A stretch of 63,979 nt of DNA, filler included, from Trichomonas gallinae (GCA_008369845.1; 8 parts of 8 records of this genome joined end to end with filler, not necessarily neighbours in it), one strand, 5' to 3'. Positions 12,389-24,379 are shown, numbered from the whole stretch's first letter. A program made the numbers and translations. Notes: a model not told the origin generated them from the letters alone.

Positions 12389-13321
12389 TTATTTGAGTAA
12401 TTCCTTAATTTTCGCATCTGTTGTAGGTTTGCTCAATGAGTTCGTAGAGTATTTGAGGATATCGATTAAATCTGACTGTTTTGGCGAATAATTCAATATT
12501 AAGTCAACGGCTTCACGATAGTGATACTTCGCATCGTGGCAGAATGCGCCAACAGGATGGATATAATCGTAAATAACAACAGCTGTAGTCAAACATCTAA
12601 GACAAATCAAACAAAGTTCTGGTGATGGATTTTCATTCTTAGTGCAGATAGATGTGCAGCAATCTGCAACTAATCCGATTAATTGAATTGCTAAGTTGAG
12701 CTTTTCTGGATTATCTTTGTATTTTGTCTTTAAATCATTAACGAATTTAGTTGTAAAAGGCATTTTAGAACCCCAAAATACTGTTGACATGTTAGATTCC
12801 ATAAAAAGACTGTCGAAACTGCCATCTTGATTATGAGCTGGGCAGTTGCGTCTGAAATATGCTAAATCATTTTGAAGCATTGGCTTTTTGATTGGAATCT
12901 GATCGAATTTCAAACAAATATCAAATCCATCTGCAACGCATTTCGTCAATGCTGGGTATTCAGTGAAAAAGTCCATTTTTGAGTTTCCAATAATATCGAG
13001 AACAGAGCTAATAACATTTACAAATTCTGTAGATACTGTTTCGGAGAAGTGATAACCATCCATCTGAATGTATACATTCGGTAATATGTGGTTCCAGGCA
13101 GCATCTTTGTTTGCCTGTGAGCTATCTCTGATTGCAGCCTTAACCAAATCTTGTCCATCCTTGTAATCCATGAATTTCGCGTATAATTCATTGGATGGTT
13201 TCAAAACTTTTTCTTGGAATTGATTATATGTGCTAGCTTCGACGCCCTGCTTGGGAGTAACATTCTGTAGGTCTATATTAACCGCATGTAAAGGTCCTAA
13301 CGAGCTAAATAAATTGCCCAT
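12389..13321 (-). CDS. CYRI/FAM49 (DUF1394) Rac-interacting protein
   Basis: MGNL myristoylation-type start, FDQIPIKKPMLQNDLAYFRR, YDYIHPVGAF, LKYST. Confidence 0.85.
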   Translation of the reverse strand: MGNLFSSLGPLHAVNIDLQNVTPKQGVEASTYNQFQEKVLKPSNELYAKFMDYKDGQDLVKAAIRDSSQANKDAAWNHILPNVYIQMDGYHFSETVSTEFVNVISSVLDIIGNSKMDFFTEYPALTKCVADGFDICLKFDQIPIKKPMLQNDLAYFRRNCPAHNQDGSFDSLFMESNMSTVFWGSKMPFTTKFVNDLKTKYKDNPEKLNLAIQLIGLVADCCTSICTKNENPSPELCLICLRCLTTAVVIYDYIHPVGAFCHDAKYHYREAVDLILNYSPKQSDLIDILKYSTNSLSKPTTDAKIKELLK

Positions 13322-14408
13322 TCTTTTTCGAAGAAAAACTGTTTTTCTGATGTTTACAATGGCTGATTTCTAGAAAATTTCGTTTTAAAAATTACATCAT
13401 TTTTGCATTCTTTGGTATATATCATAACCGAAAAAACAGAGAATTTCGCAGTTCGTTTTTTTTTTTTTTAATTTTCTAAAATATTTCTATTATTGCTTTG
13501 CTAATCTTCTATGTTTGTTGATTTTGAATGAAGTGAAGAAAATTTTGAAAATACTTTTTTTAGTGTTTGAAAATTAAAAATATTAATGTTCTATATATAA
13601 GTATTATATATGCAAAAATAGAAATTGAATTGATTTGACGTGTAAAAATTTTTCTGCGGAAAAAATCAGGTTTTGATAATTATATAATTATAATAATAAA
13701 AATGAAAAAGATTTTTTCTGCGTCTTTTCCATTTAGAATAGAATTAATATCTTTGTTATAATAGTATTATTTGGATAAGAAATTTTAAATATTTTGAACG
13801 TATTACGGGCGTGGAAGCAAAACTCAAAATACTCGTAAATATTTTATTATTTGGCTTATAATTATTTTCTCTTTTAAGCGGTATCGAATTTTGAATTGAA
13901 AATAATCGTTGGAATTGTTTTGTTCCGGAATATCATTTCGATTATTTTTAAGAGGATAATATTGCTACTCTTAATGTGCAAAACCTATTTTTTGTATTTT
14001 TAGCTGAATTTTCATATAAGGCAAAAAATGTTGTTGACTTTTCAAGCAATATCAACGATACGATATCATTTTTATAATAGAAACACATAAAAATGGATAA
14101 ATCTACAGTCAATAATGAAAAAACATCATATTTTTTTATTTGGTCATTTTTAAATTTCCGTTTTTATTGGGCAGCGTTCATGCATATTAATATTAATGCT
14201 GCTGTATAGTCTATATATATGAACCCAAAACCTATCTGATCGAATTTTCTTTATGCACCCGAATAAATTAGAAAGAAATCAAGAATTGCCAACTATATTC
14301 CATTTAAATCAGCATCTTTAACATTGCGATTGTTTTAGCTGTCAAATAGGGAAATTTTACAACGTCAAATTGTCAGATATTTTGGAAAAGTGACAGTGTA
14401 CAAATGAC

Positions 14409-14508
14409 NNNNNNNNNNNNNNNNNNNNNNNNNNNNNNNNNNNNNNNNNNNNTTAATTAATTAANNNNNNNNNNNNNNNNNNNNNNNNNNNNNNNNNNNN
14501 NNNNNNNN
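14409..14508. other. Artificial contig linker
   Basis: 44 N + TTAATTAATTAA (stops in six frames) + 44 N. Confidence 0.98.
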
Positions 14509-15190
14509 TGGTACCATTATTTTGTAAACTAAAATTGAGAGATGACCGTCAGATTCACTTATGACCCTCAAATTCATATACGGTATATCAAAGATTGTTT
14601 TTATAACAGACGATTCTGTCTTTTGATAAAATCTATGATACAAACTGAAAAAGGAATTTCTTGATTTACTGGTTCATTAGTAATAACAGAGCCAATAATT
14701 ATTAATGTATCAATATAACAGTTCGTTACTTTTGCATCATTGTAATAATCTTGTTATTTTAATATAATTGTTTCTAGATTGTGAGACAGTCTGTTTTCCA
14801 TTCTAGAACACAGTCAAAAATGATCGTTCATAATTAATGACTAAGCATACCTACTGTTAGAGACTCTCTATTACACAGGAAGACGCAGTTCATTGTTAAA
14901 ATGCATATCATTGTGTGACAAAGATCCTCTGACAAAAATCAATTTTTATTCGATAGGATAATAGAGCATAATGTTTTTCACTGCTGCTCTGATAGTGAGA
15001 ACCATAACTCTTTTGATATAACACACAATAATATTTTTTCTCTGTCAATACATCTATAAAAAGCCACAAAAATTATTATATTTTAATTTTATTTATAATT
15101 TTTACATGACAAAAAATTTAATTTACACGACAAACGCCAAATAAATATTTTACATGACAAAAATACTACATATTATTAAATAATACATAT

Positions 15191-16666
15191 ATGTTCTATT
15201 ATTGACATTCTGTATTGTTTTGCTTCTTAAAAACCTTATTTTTACTCACGTTTTCCATATTATGTTTGATCTTTTATAGATCAACCTATAATATTTTCAT
15301 TGCGCAAGATGCTTTCTTATTGGAGTCGTTCGGGTTTAACAAAAATGGAACATACAATGTTACATTCATAAATAAAAAAACTCCGAATTTATATTACACG
15401 CTATTATCATCAAAAGAGTTTCCCATTGAACTTCTTTTATCAGCATCTGCTTCAAAATTCTGTCGCGGTGCTCCTCCTATTCCAAAAATTAGAACTTTAG
15501 TTCCAATATCAAATAATTTTACGTTTACAGGTCATATTACTGATAAGGATACATATACTCCACTTGTATATAACTGCAATGATAACGAAACATTGGTACA
15601 ACTCACACAAGTTTTTCGCAATCCGAATACTTACTTAGATTTTAGATGGGTTAGCGGAGATTGGTCACAGTTCTCATTAGCACTCGCACTATTCATTACA
15701 TTAGTAATTTGGCTGATTAATTGGTGTTGCCATTTTAGAACTAACGTCAAAATCCATTACTTCGTTACTACTTCGCTTTTCCTCGGCATAGGATATCATT
15801 TATCTTTCTTTTTTGAGCTTCTTAAGCTAGATAAAGTTGATGAAGCTCCATTAGCAACTTCTGTTCGATTAATCTTCAGTTTCTTGTACAATGCAGGCAT
15901 GTACATTACTCTGCTTCTATCTATTAAGGGCTGGTGCGTTTATAGAACAAGTTTATCATTCAAAGATGTTTTTATTTCATTAATTTATGTTCTAATATTT
16001 ACCATATGCAGCTGTGTGCTCACATTAACTACTCTAGGCAAAGTAGAAATTGTTATTCATTTAGTCAGCATTTTTGTTATTATGTTATTTGTTAGAGAAT
16101 TGATTATCAGCATCAATAAGACACATATACACTTCGTAGCACATCTGTATATTATTGCTAATGCTGGCGTTTCGCCAACAACAACTCCTATATATGCAAA
16201 ATACAAAACATATGTTTTGCTTCGCTGGGCTGTCGTATTTTGCTGTATTTTTATTACAGCAAGGCTTATTACAAGCCTGTTCAGTAATCCTTTCCTATGG
16301 ATTGATCAGTTAATATTCGATTTAATGCAAATTATTATTAATGTTATTCTTTGCATTACTTTCAAGCTCAGAAAATCTGTTTCAGAGGATCAGTATCTTA
16401 TGCTCGAAGAAGATGAATATGAGCAAACGAAACCAGAAGAGATTCAATTAACAGATATTAAGTTAATTAAAATCAATGACCTTAAAGCAAAATCTGGTAT
16501 AGTTTGGGAAAGAGGCATTAAAATCCCTAATGTGCCAATCATTAAAGACACCATTCAAAGATATGATACTTCAAGACTGCCTGCTGCAAAACAGATAAAT
16601 ATAAGAAACTCCACTGATAACTCAGAATACAGTGGTGAATTGAGCACGCAATCAGAAGAAATTTAA
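15191..16666 (+). CDS. GOST/GPR107/TMEM87-like seven-TM protein, start unresolved
   Basis: Luminal domain (FGFNKNG...NPNTYLDFR) followed by about 7 hydrophobic helices. The in-frame ATG at 15191 is followed by TGA at codon 5, and there is no other in-frame ATG near the 5' end. Confidence 0.65.
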
Positions 16667-17637
16667 ATTATATCTTATCCATATAATTTAAATTTGGTGC
16701 AAAAGTGAAGATTTGAGTGTGAGACATGCTTCATTTGAATCATTATTTGTTAGAACCATTAACGTCCAGTTTTTTTTTGAAGTCCACGTGTGATTGTCGC
16801 AGGATGCTGAAACTTGCACCATAGCTTCATTGGTATTCTCCGATGTAGCTACATAAGGTTCGGATGCAAAACTTTTTCGTCCATCGAGTTGAAAAAATTC
16901 ATTACGACAAAGTTGTTCAAAACGCCTAAGCAAATACAGAATACAAGGTTATGTGCATTGTTCTACACAGTTGCATTGCCATTTTACGATCTGTTTTTCA
17001 GACAATAATTTCATCCAGTTGAAGAATTAATAATATAGTTTAACGAAAAATATAGAAAGGTTTACAGAGAGTGATATAAACCGCATCATTTACATGAAAT
17101 GTGCTGACTTACATCCCGATTTCAAAATTTCACTATTTTATTTTCGAAAATATCGACAATATTCGAGCATACACAATAGAACAATTGTTTAAATCTTCGA
17201 TATCTGAACTTTTACAAGCTGTTTCCCTTATGAATACTTATATGCATTTTTTTTATACAAACAGATCCTCAAAAATTGTCGATAAATCAGATTATGTAGT
17301 TGCATTTGTGCCCATGATATGCATTTTCTCGTCCATTCATCTATTATTTTTTTTGGAATTAAAATATCAGTCAAAACAACATTTAATTACTATTTACTAT
17401 AAAACATTTTCGATGTTATAACATTATGCAAGCAAGCTGAACCATATTATACTTTTAAGGCAATCTTGTTGCTTGAAATGTATTGTTTCATGTAGGTTTT
17501 AGTATGAATCTGTCGATTTTATACTTCGTCAAAGTTTGAGTGATTTTTCGGCAAAGCTAGTCATAAATGCATCTTATATTCGTCAAAGACTACTCTATGA
17601 AGCAACATGCAGCTTAGACAAAATCTGATGTAGTAGG

Positions 17638-17729
17638 AAGCACCATAAATGCTACCATTCAAGTGTAAACTCTTCAGTATATCATGCCACTGGAGAATTT
17701 GCACCAGAATGGTAGCATTTATGGTGCTT
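17638..17729. repeat. Long inverted repeat / hairpin
   Basis: AAGCACCATAAATGCTACCATTC (17638-17660) is the exact reverse complement of 17707-17729. Pairing continues imperfectly to a 10-nt loop. Confidence 0.9.
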
Positions 17730-17920
17730 TGTAGTTCAAATCGAGATTTATTAGAAAACTGTTCTGTTTAGCGAAGGTATTGACGGATATTTTGTTATAT
17801 AACCAAGAATACGTCATTATCTTAGTCAAATGAAGTACGATGAAAATAAAAAATCGATTTTGGCTTTTTTCTTGCTTATTGTTATGTTGATCGGCAAGTA
17901 TAGTGCTCCATGGTATGGAA

Positions 17921-19363
17921 TTATTCATGTACTTGATATGCAGTGGTCAGATATGTATCTATTAATAGTGCTGCAGCAGATTCCTTATCATTTTCAGAAT
18001 CTTTCATTTCTAGTATCAAATTGCGAACATCATCTGGATCATCAAATAAATTCATAACAGTTTCAATTCGTGGAACTTCAAAATCTTGAATTTCAAGCAT
18101 GATACTAAGAATATTTAATCCATCAGCCAGCACATAGCCTTCGGATACAATGGTATCCTCCAAGAAACCAAAGAATTCTTTTGTTTCGTAGTTATGAAGA
18201 ATATCTCTCGGACATCTTTTCATAAAGTTGAATAATGCATTCGTAATCGTGCTTCTATATTGGAATTTGGCATGATGAGCATATGTAGTCAATAATTCGA
18301 TAATTTTTTGGTATTTTTCTGCATAATGCTCTAAAAACTCATGATCATTAAGAATTGTATAAAGAGCATTCAAATACTGAACATACGCGCATTGTAGAGC
18401 ACTAGAAAGCTTTTTTTCAGCAAATTGTTGATAAATTATTTCTTCAAATCGAAATCTCATGTCTCCAATATTAGGACTTTGAAGAAATAGCGCCAGTATT
18501 CTTGTTATACTGTGTAAAAGACGATCATCTGTATTTGTTATTAATAAATTTGAAATTGATGTGAATAATATTAGATTATCGATTATTCGAATGCGAGGAT
18601 CATTAAATCCTAATTGTAAGCAAACTTTTTGAATAAATTCATAAGTATTAATAAAATGAATTTCATATCCTTTGGTAATTAATTCAAGAGCTTGTGATAA
18701 CATTTCTCCTAAAAATGGAAGAGATCTACAGTCATATCTGACTGATACATGATAAAAAAAGTAAGAAAGAGATAAACTTGCGTCAGGATCATTAATTAAG
18801 GCTATTGGACCAAATTCTTGACTTAACTCATATTTAAAGAAAATGTTCCTCAAGTCTTCTATGCAACATTCAACATATGCAAGCATATTTCCAAGAAATC
18901 GAAATAGTTTATGTCTGTTATGGAAGTGAATAAGGGATAGTTGCTGAACTCTGTTCAGTATACCAAATAAATACAATTCTTTTGCAATACTTGTTGATGA
19001 ATTTATAATTAAATTATAAATTGAAAGTTCAAGTTCAACAATATCAGGAACTTCTTTTTCTAATTCATATAAATCATCATCAAAGGATTCCATAACATTT
19101 TTTGGCTCAAAATCTTTTGATTCAAAATAATCTTTAAATATTGTAATTTTCGCTTGATACTTTATGAAATATTCTCTTAGGTTATCGTAATTTTGCATCA
19201 TGGCTTCAATATCGCGCTGTTTTATAGAGCACATCATATTAACAAAAAGATGCTTGAAATTAGATTGTATTTCGAACTCTCCCTCAATATATTCAAAATC
19301 AACATCCAATTTCTTATCTAGATTGGCATCAATTTGCGTTTCATTCTCCTCCTTAAATTCCAT
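17921..19363 (-). CDS. Hypothetical alpha-helical (ARM-like) protein
   Basis: 480-aa ORF with acidic N-terminus and Leu/Phe-rich helical character. The fold is inferred only. Confidence 0.7.
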   Translation of the reverse strand: MEFKEENETQIDANLDKKLDVDFEYIEGEFEIQSNFKHLFVNMMCSIKQRDIEAMMQNYDNLREYFIKYQAKITIFKDYFESKDFEPKNVMESFDDDLYELEKEVPDIVELELSIYNLIINSSTSIAKELYLFGILNRVQQLSLIHFHNRHKLFRFLGNMLAYVECCIEDLRNIFFKYELSQEFGPIALINDPDASLSLSYFFYHVSVRYDCRSLPFLGEMLSQALELITKGYEIHFINTYEFIQKVCLQLGFNDPRIRIIDNLILFTSISNLLITNTDDRLLHSITRILALFLQSPNIGDMRFRFEEIIYQQFAEKKLSSALQCAYVQYLNALYTILNDHEFLEHYAEKYQKIIELLTTYAHHAKFQYRSTITNALFNFMKRCPRDILHNYETKEFFGFLEDTIVSEGYVLADGLNILSIMLEIQDFEVPRIETVMNLFDDPDDVRNLILEMKDSENDKESAAALLIDTYLTTAYQVHE

Positions 19364-19820
19364 TTTTTATTTGACAGTTTACCAAGTTACATGACAAAAA
19401 AAAAAAAAAAAAACTGGAATTGACATTTACAAAGTTACATGACAAGCAATTGGATTTTACAAAGTTACATGACAAAAAAATCTTTCAGTGCAATATGATA
19501 TCATTGTTTTAAGCACAAGTATTGAGAATAATTACTAAATCACAACAATTCAATTTTGTCTATAGAAGATTGCGAAATTAGAAAGATTTAAAATTTGAAT
19601 AAGGGTGTTTTAAACCATTAGAACACCGATGTATCTGATGAACTAGAACTAAATGTTAAAAATTATTGCATTTCAAATAAAATTATTATAAAAATAAGAA
19701 AAAGAGAGAGAGAATTCACCATTTAATGAATCATACAACAAACGTAAAAATAAAATGTGATATAAGAAAATAAATAGTATGCTCTATATTTTTATTACAA
19801 TAAAGGCAGTTAAGAATGTT

Positions 19821-21011
19821 CTACTGCTTAGCTTGAGTACCGTAAGTTTTATTACCGTAATAACCGTAGTTAGTTCCAGAAGTTAGCGTCTTCTTAATGC
19901 CTTTGTCATGGTCTGTGATTTTATGAACAAATAATTTGGTCTCCATAAACGTGTTTTCGTGCTCTTCGTAGCCTCTGGACCAGTCTTCACCGGATGAGTA
20001 AGCGCAGAAGTCCGCATCTGGTGAAAGAGCGCAAGCTGTGTATGGGATTTTTTCTTTCGCTTTTGTCTCAGTTGTATTTGTCTGCAGACCATTGCTTAAG
20101 TTGAAATAATTGAGGGCACCGTCTCCACCACACGAGACACCAAGTGTTGCCCTCTTGGCAATAGAAACGCAGTTGCAACTGTAAATCGAAAAATCTGTTT
20201 CATTGCGATGAATGTCATATTGCTTGTAATTGCTTCCATGGATGATGACGACACGGCCAGTAACTGAGCCGGACATGAAGCCGTCGTCCTGCGGATAAGC
20301 GGCAATTGTTGTTAATTGCATTTCTTGATATGTCTTCTGAATATTATTGAATTTAAGCTCTGGTATGTTTGGTTGCTGAACTGGATCAAGCGGTTGACGA
20401 ATATCGATTGAATTAATCATCATATCTGCGTAAGCGACGTATGCTGTATTAACTCCGACATCTAAACCCACAAGATTATAGCTTCCTGAAACCAAGCAAG
20501 CATTTGGTTGAGCTTTTTCGCGTGAATCATAAAGATAAACAGTACCATTCATTCCACCAACAACAAGACAGTTTTTATCTTGGCAAAATGCTAATCCAGC
20601 TATTGGATAAGGTACTACGAGCTTAAATAATTCCGTAACATTGAATTTATTTTCTCCTTGAGTTAATGTAATTTGTTTAACTGCACCTTCGGTTGTTCCG
20701 AAGAAGTAGCGATTCGAATTTTCATCTGTTGTGATTCTTAAACAAGCGTGTCTTGATTCTCGATGGGAAGAAATCAGTTCCCACTTTGGATTTGCATTTT
20801 GTGTAGTTGGATCGACTTTTTTCCATGCATTGACAGATCCATCCCATGATGTTGCAAAGAGAAGTAAATCAGATCCATTAATAGCGAATTTGAGTTGAGA
20901 AATTGTATCTTCTGGTCCTTTAGATGTATCTATTTCATAGTCTTTTGCAGTAGTGCTTCCATAGCCACCGTAACTTGAACCTGAATAATTATAGCCTCCA
21001 AAACCAGACAT
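19821..21011 (-). CDS. RAE1: Rae1/Gle2 (Bub3-family) WD40 mRNA export factor
   Basis: PEDTISQLKF, ATSWDGSV, GSVTGRV, HR...IYSCN, SCGGDG, AYSSGEDWSRG. Confidence 0.82.
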   Translation of the reverse strand: MSGFGGYNYSGSSYGGYGSTTAKDYEIDTSKGPEDTISQLKFAINGSDLLLFATSWDGSVNAWKKVDPTTQNANPKWELISSHRESRHACLRITTDENSNRYFFGTTEGAVKQITLTQGENKFNVTELFKLVVPYPIAGLAFCQDKNCLVVGGMNGTVYLYDSREKAQPNACLVSGSYNLVGLDVGVNTAYVAYADMMINSIDIRQPLDPVQQPNIPELKFNNIQKTYQEMQLTTIAAYPQDDGFMSGSVTGRVVIIHGSNYKQYDIHRNETDFSIYSCNCVSIAKRATLGVSCGGDGALNYFNLSNGLQTNTTETKAKEKIPYTACALSPDADFCAYSSGEDWSRGYEEHENTFMETKLFVHKITDHDKGIKKTLTSGTNYGYYGNKTYGTQAKQ

Positions 21012-21955
21012 TATATCTTTTTGACAAGTAAACTTAAATCATAATTTTTTTGACACGTAAATTTTTAAAAGACATTTTTTTTCTGTTGTTGATTCTTTCT
21101 TTATATTAAAGAAATGGCTGCATAAACGGTGCTGCTTAGCTACTGTTAACTGTAGACAGCTTCATCATCAAAAAATTACTGCAGACACGATATATATTTT
21201 TCAATCAGCAAAATCTGTGAAAAATTTTGGGACTAGGACATAATTGAATAGAACAATGTTCGCATTGTTCAAAATCTCGTAACTTTTTGTTTGATTTTTC
21301 ATCCAAATCTTTATATTTTCCTATTCTGTTGAAATCCGATGCGTTAAAACCAGTTATGCATATCACATTAAAGCATGAGGTCTTGGTAATGATTTTATAT
21401 GCAGAAATATCGATCAACATATATTCATTGTGATTTATAGATAGTGTCAGAATCTATTAGCTATAAATATCTCATATAATTCATGTAACACAGATTGTGT
21501 CGCCAAAATTAATATTAGATTTAGTTTACTTAAACATTTGCTAGCAATATGATGTAATATTGTTTGAAATATCATCTGCCCCTTCATATCTGAATTTACC
21601 AAAAATTGCGAAATATTTACAAATATTTAGTTTATATTTCAAAGATACTTTACGTGTCAATATATAAATGAAATATTCCAACATAGAATGACACATTTAT
21701 TGAATGTGATCAAATTTACCGCGAAATTATAAGAGCGAACAGAAATATACTGTTTTGAACTATTTTAAAAGAAATTTTATAATATGTATCGTGTGTTGAT
21801 TCCATTTTTATGATACGAAACGATTTCGCATTTAAAAATTTTGATGAAAAATTTGGCAAGTGTAATTTTTTATATTGGAGGAGAAATGTACAAGCATTAT
21901 GTCATATAACAGGCTAAATTTCATTACTTATGAGTAAGTATACCATTTTATTTCG

Positions 21956-23602
21956 ATGACGACAAAAATTGAATCAAATGAAATTTATGAGGAAAATGAA
22001 GCAGAAATCGATGTCAGTGATATATGTAATAGGCTAAAATCCCTAATAGATGATGACTTGTTCTTCAATTCCTTCCAGAAGTTTAGTTCCTTATTAAAAA
22101 TCATAAAAAATGCAAAATTGGATCCGAAACAAGCTACATATATACTTACAAATGGTTCAGAAATCTACAACACAGTGCAAATGAAAATGAAACTGTATGA
22201 AACAATTCACGAAAATCTCAACAAAAATATCGAAAATGATTCATTTAAAGAGTACAACAATGCTGTATTCTCCATTGCATATACGTCAATGACAAATGAA
22301 ATCACATTAATCGCTAAAATTCAAGAAATTGAATCTGAAAACAATGAAAAACTTAAAGAATTTGAAGATTTTAAGCAGAAACATATTGATAAGATCAAAT
22401 TACTGACTAATGAACGAGATTCAATCCAATTAGACAAAAATAATCTTGAAAAAACAATATCACAGTTAAATGCTGAGATAGATCTGTTAAAAAGTCAACA
22501 TAATGCAAGTACTAATACTCCTTTACAGTATAACCCAGTTGATGAACTTTCTGTTAAAAAATCGGCATATTCATTGCTTCAACAGAAATATGACTCATTA
22601 AAGAGTCAAATTGGTAAGTATAGGGAATTCATTGACAAAATGAAAAGTAACTTGTCTATTGCTTCAACTGTTCTCGAAGAAACATCTAAATCACAAATTA
22701 TTAAACTTGAAGGACTTCAAGCATTCAATAGATCAATATCACACGCTATTAAGACTCATGGCAGCATCCCAACTCCAGAAATGGGAATGCAATTATATGA
22801 TCTTTCAGATTTCGAAGCTGTCTATTTACTACTCGACAAATTATCATACAATGAGACAGTTAGCGAGTTTTCGGCAGCATTTAAATCAGGTCTCGCTGAA
22901 ATTCTAGATGAAAATAATTGCGACGTTTTAATGCTCGCTGCATCCAAAGGAAACATTCATTTAGTCCGCTCAATCGTAAAATACTCAACAAAGATTGATT
23001 TTACGAAACTTAACATAGATAATTGTAACGCATTACAACTTGCAGCCAAAAATGGGCATTTGGATGTCGTTGGTTATCTGATATCAATTGGTTTCGATAA
23101 GAATTTCTACAGTGGAGGCAGAAATGTTATACTTCACGCAGTAATGAAAGGAAAGCTTTCGATTGTTAAATATTTGGAATCAATCGGCTGCGATATCAAC
23201 TCTAAATCAATGAGTGAAGAAGAAGGCAACTGTGCTTATTACGCGACATTGTATAATCACCTTGATGTTTTGAAATTTTTGGAATCAAAAGGTGCTGATT
23301 TATACTCTAAAGATAAGTATCGCGAATCATGCATCCACATTGCAGCGAAAGCAAACAACGTTGAGATTCTTGATTTCCTTATATCTCATGGTGTGAATAT
23401 CAATGAAGCGCAGAGCAATAACTGGACACCACTGCACATTGCTGCATTTTATGGCAGCGTTGAAGCAGCAAAATTTCTCATCGAAAAAGGTGCAAATATC
23501 GACGCAAAAGATTATGTTGAAAGAACTCCACATGATCTTGCAAAATCTAAAAGTGCAACAGAAAGAAAATGTCAAAGAATCTGTGACATTCTATCTATAT
23601 AA
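21956..23602 (+). CDS. Coiled-coil plus ankyrin repeat protein
   Basis: About six ankyrin repeats (NALQLAAKNGHLDVV, WTPLHIAAFYGSVEAAKFLIEKGANI) after a coiled coil. Confidence 0.92.
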   Translation: MTTKIESNEIYEENEAEIDVSDICNRLKSLIDDDLFFNSFQKFSSLLKIIKNAKLDPKQATYILTNGSEIYNTVQMKMKLYETIHENLNKNIENDSFKEYNNAVFSIAYTSMTNEITLIAKIQEIESENNEKLKEFEDFKQKHIDKIKLLTNERDSIQLDKNNLEKTISQLNAEIDLLKSQHNASTNTPLQYNPVDELSVKKSAYSLLQQKYDSLKSQIGKYREFIDKMKSNLSIASTVLEETSKSQIIKLEGLQAFNRSISHAIKTHGSIPTPEMGMQLYDLSDFEAVYLLLDKLSYNETVSEFSAAFKSGLAEILDENNCDVLMLAASKGNIHLVRSIVKYSTKIDFTKLNIDNCNALQLAAKNGHLDVVGYLISIGFDKNFYSGGRNVILHAVMKGKLSIVKYLESIGCDINSKSMSEEEGNCAYYATLYNHLDVLKFLESKGADLYSKDKYRESCIHIAAKANNVEILDFLISHGVNINEAQSNNWTPLHIAAFYGSVEAAKFLIEKGANIDAKDYVERTPHDLAKSKSATERKCQRICDILSI

Positions 23603-24029
23603 ATGTTTGATACAATTTTTAATTGTTTTTTTTTTCCTCAATGATGCTCACAAATTAGGATTACAAGTGATGATAGAATTTGCGCATAAAGCCATTAGTT
23701 GCTTCGATAAGTTAACTGTTAAATTTTATTAGATGATTCTTTGGTGTTAATGATGACATTATGCAAAAGATGAATGTATAATACAAATTTTAAGGACTTA
23801 GTCTCCAACATTTTACACAAACTCAACCTGAAGTATTTCCAAAGAACATGTTGCATGGTGTTAATATTTATGCAATAGGTAAATTATAGATGATAAAATT
23901 CACAAAATTGGCTGAACTCCATAAGTGTTTGCTGCACTTTTTGAATGATGCTATTTTTGTTCCTGAGAAAACTATTGGCATCATAATTCTTTTCTGATTT
24001 CAAATACAATATGCAGAACCCAAATTATT

Positions 24030-24208
24030 TGTCATGTAAAGCTTATTATAAGTAATGATATGACACGTAAACAGAGTTATTATGATAATATGACATGTAA
24101 AACGCACCGTAACAAAAAATATGACACGTAAACACTAGAAAAATGATATGTAAAGTGCACTTTTACGAAATATTTGACGCGTAAATATGCATAAAACTGA
24201 CATGTAAC
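24030..24208 (+). promoter_or_regulatory. Array of seven TG(A/T)CRYGTAA-type motifs
   Basis: Same-orientation copies start at 24030, 24061, 24091, 24122, 24144, 24175 and 24198, upstream of the kinase gene. Confidence 0.6.
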
Positions 24209-24379
24209 CTTGAAAAATGAAAATGAGAGTGTAATTCGGTTATATTGAAGTGTTGCGTGGAAAAAGTCGGTCAAAGGAAATATTTGGTAGATAAAGGGTC
24301 TGGTTGTTATAAAAGATGAAAGATGAAGTAAGTAACGTTTTTCCCCTGAAAATAAATCGTTACATTTACAGAGAAATAA

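Noticed and set aside
16688..16933. VSASCDNHTWT resembling an F5/8 domain fragment
   Set aside because: Single short motif with no other support; left uncalled.
24030..24208. Repeat-spacer appearance suggesting CRISPR
   Set aside because: Repeats are only about 11 bp and degenerate, there are no cas genes, and the context is eukaryotic.
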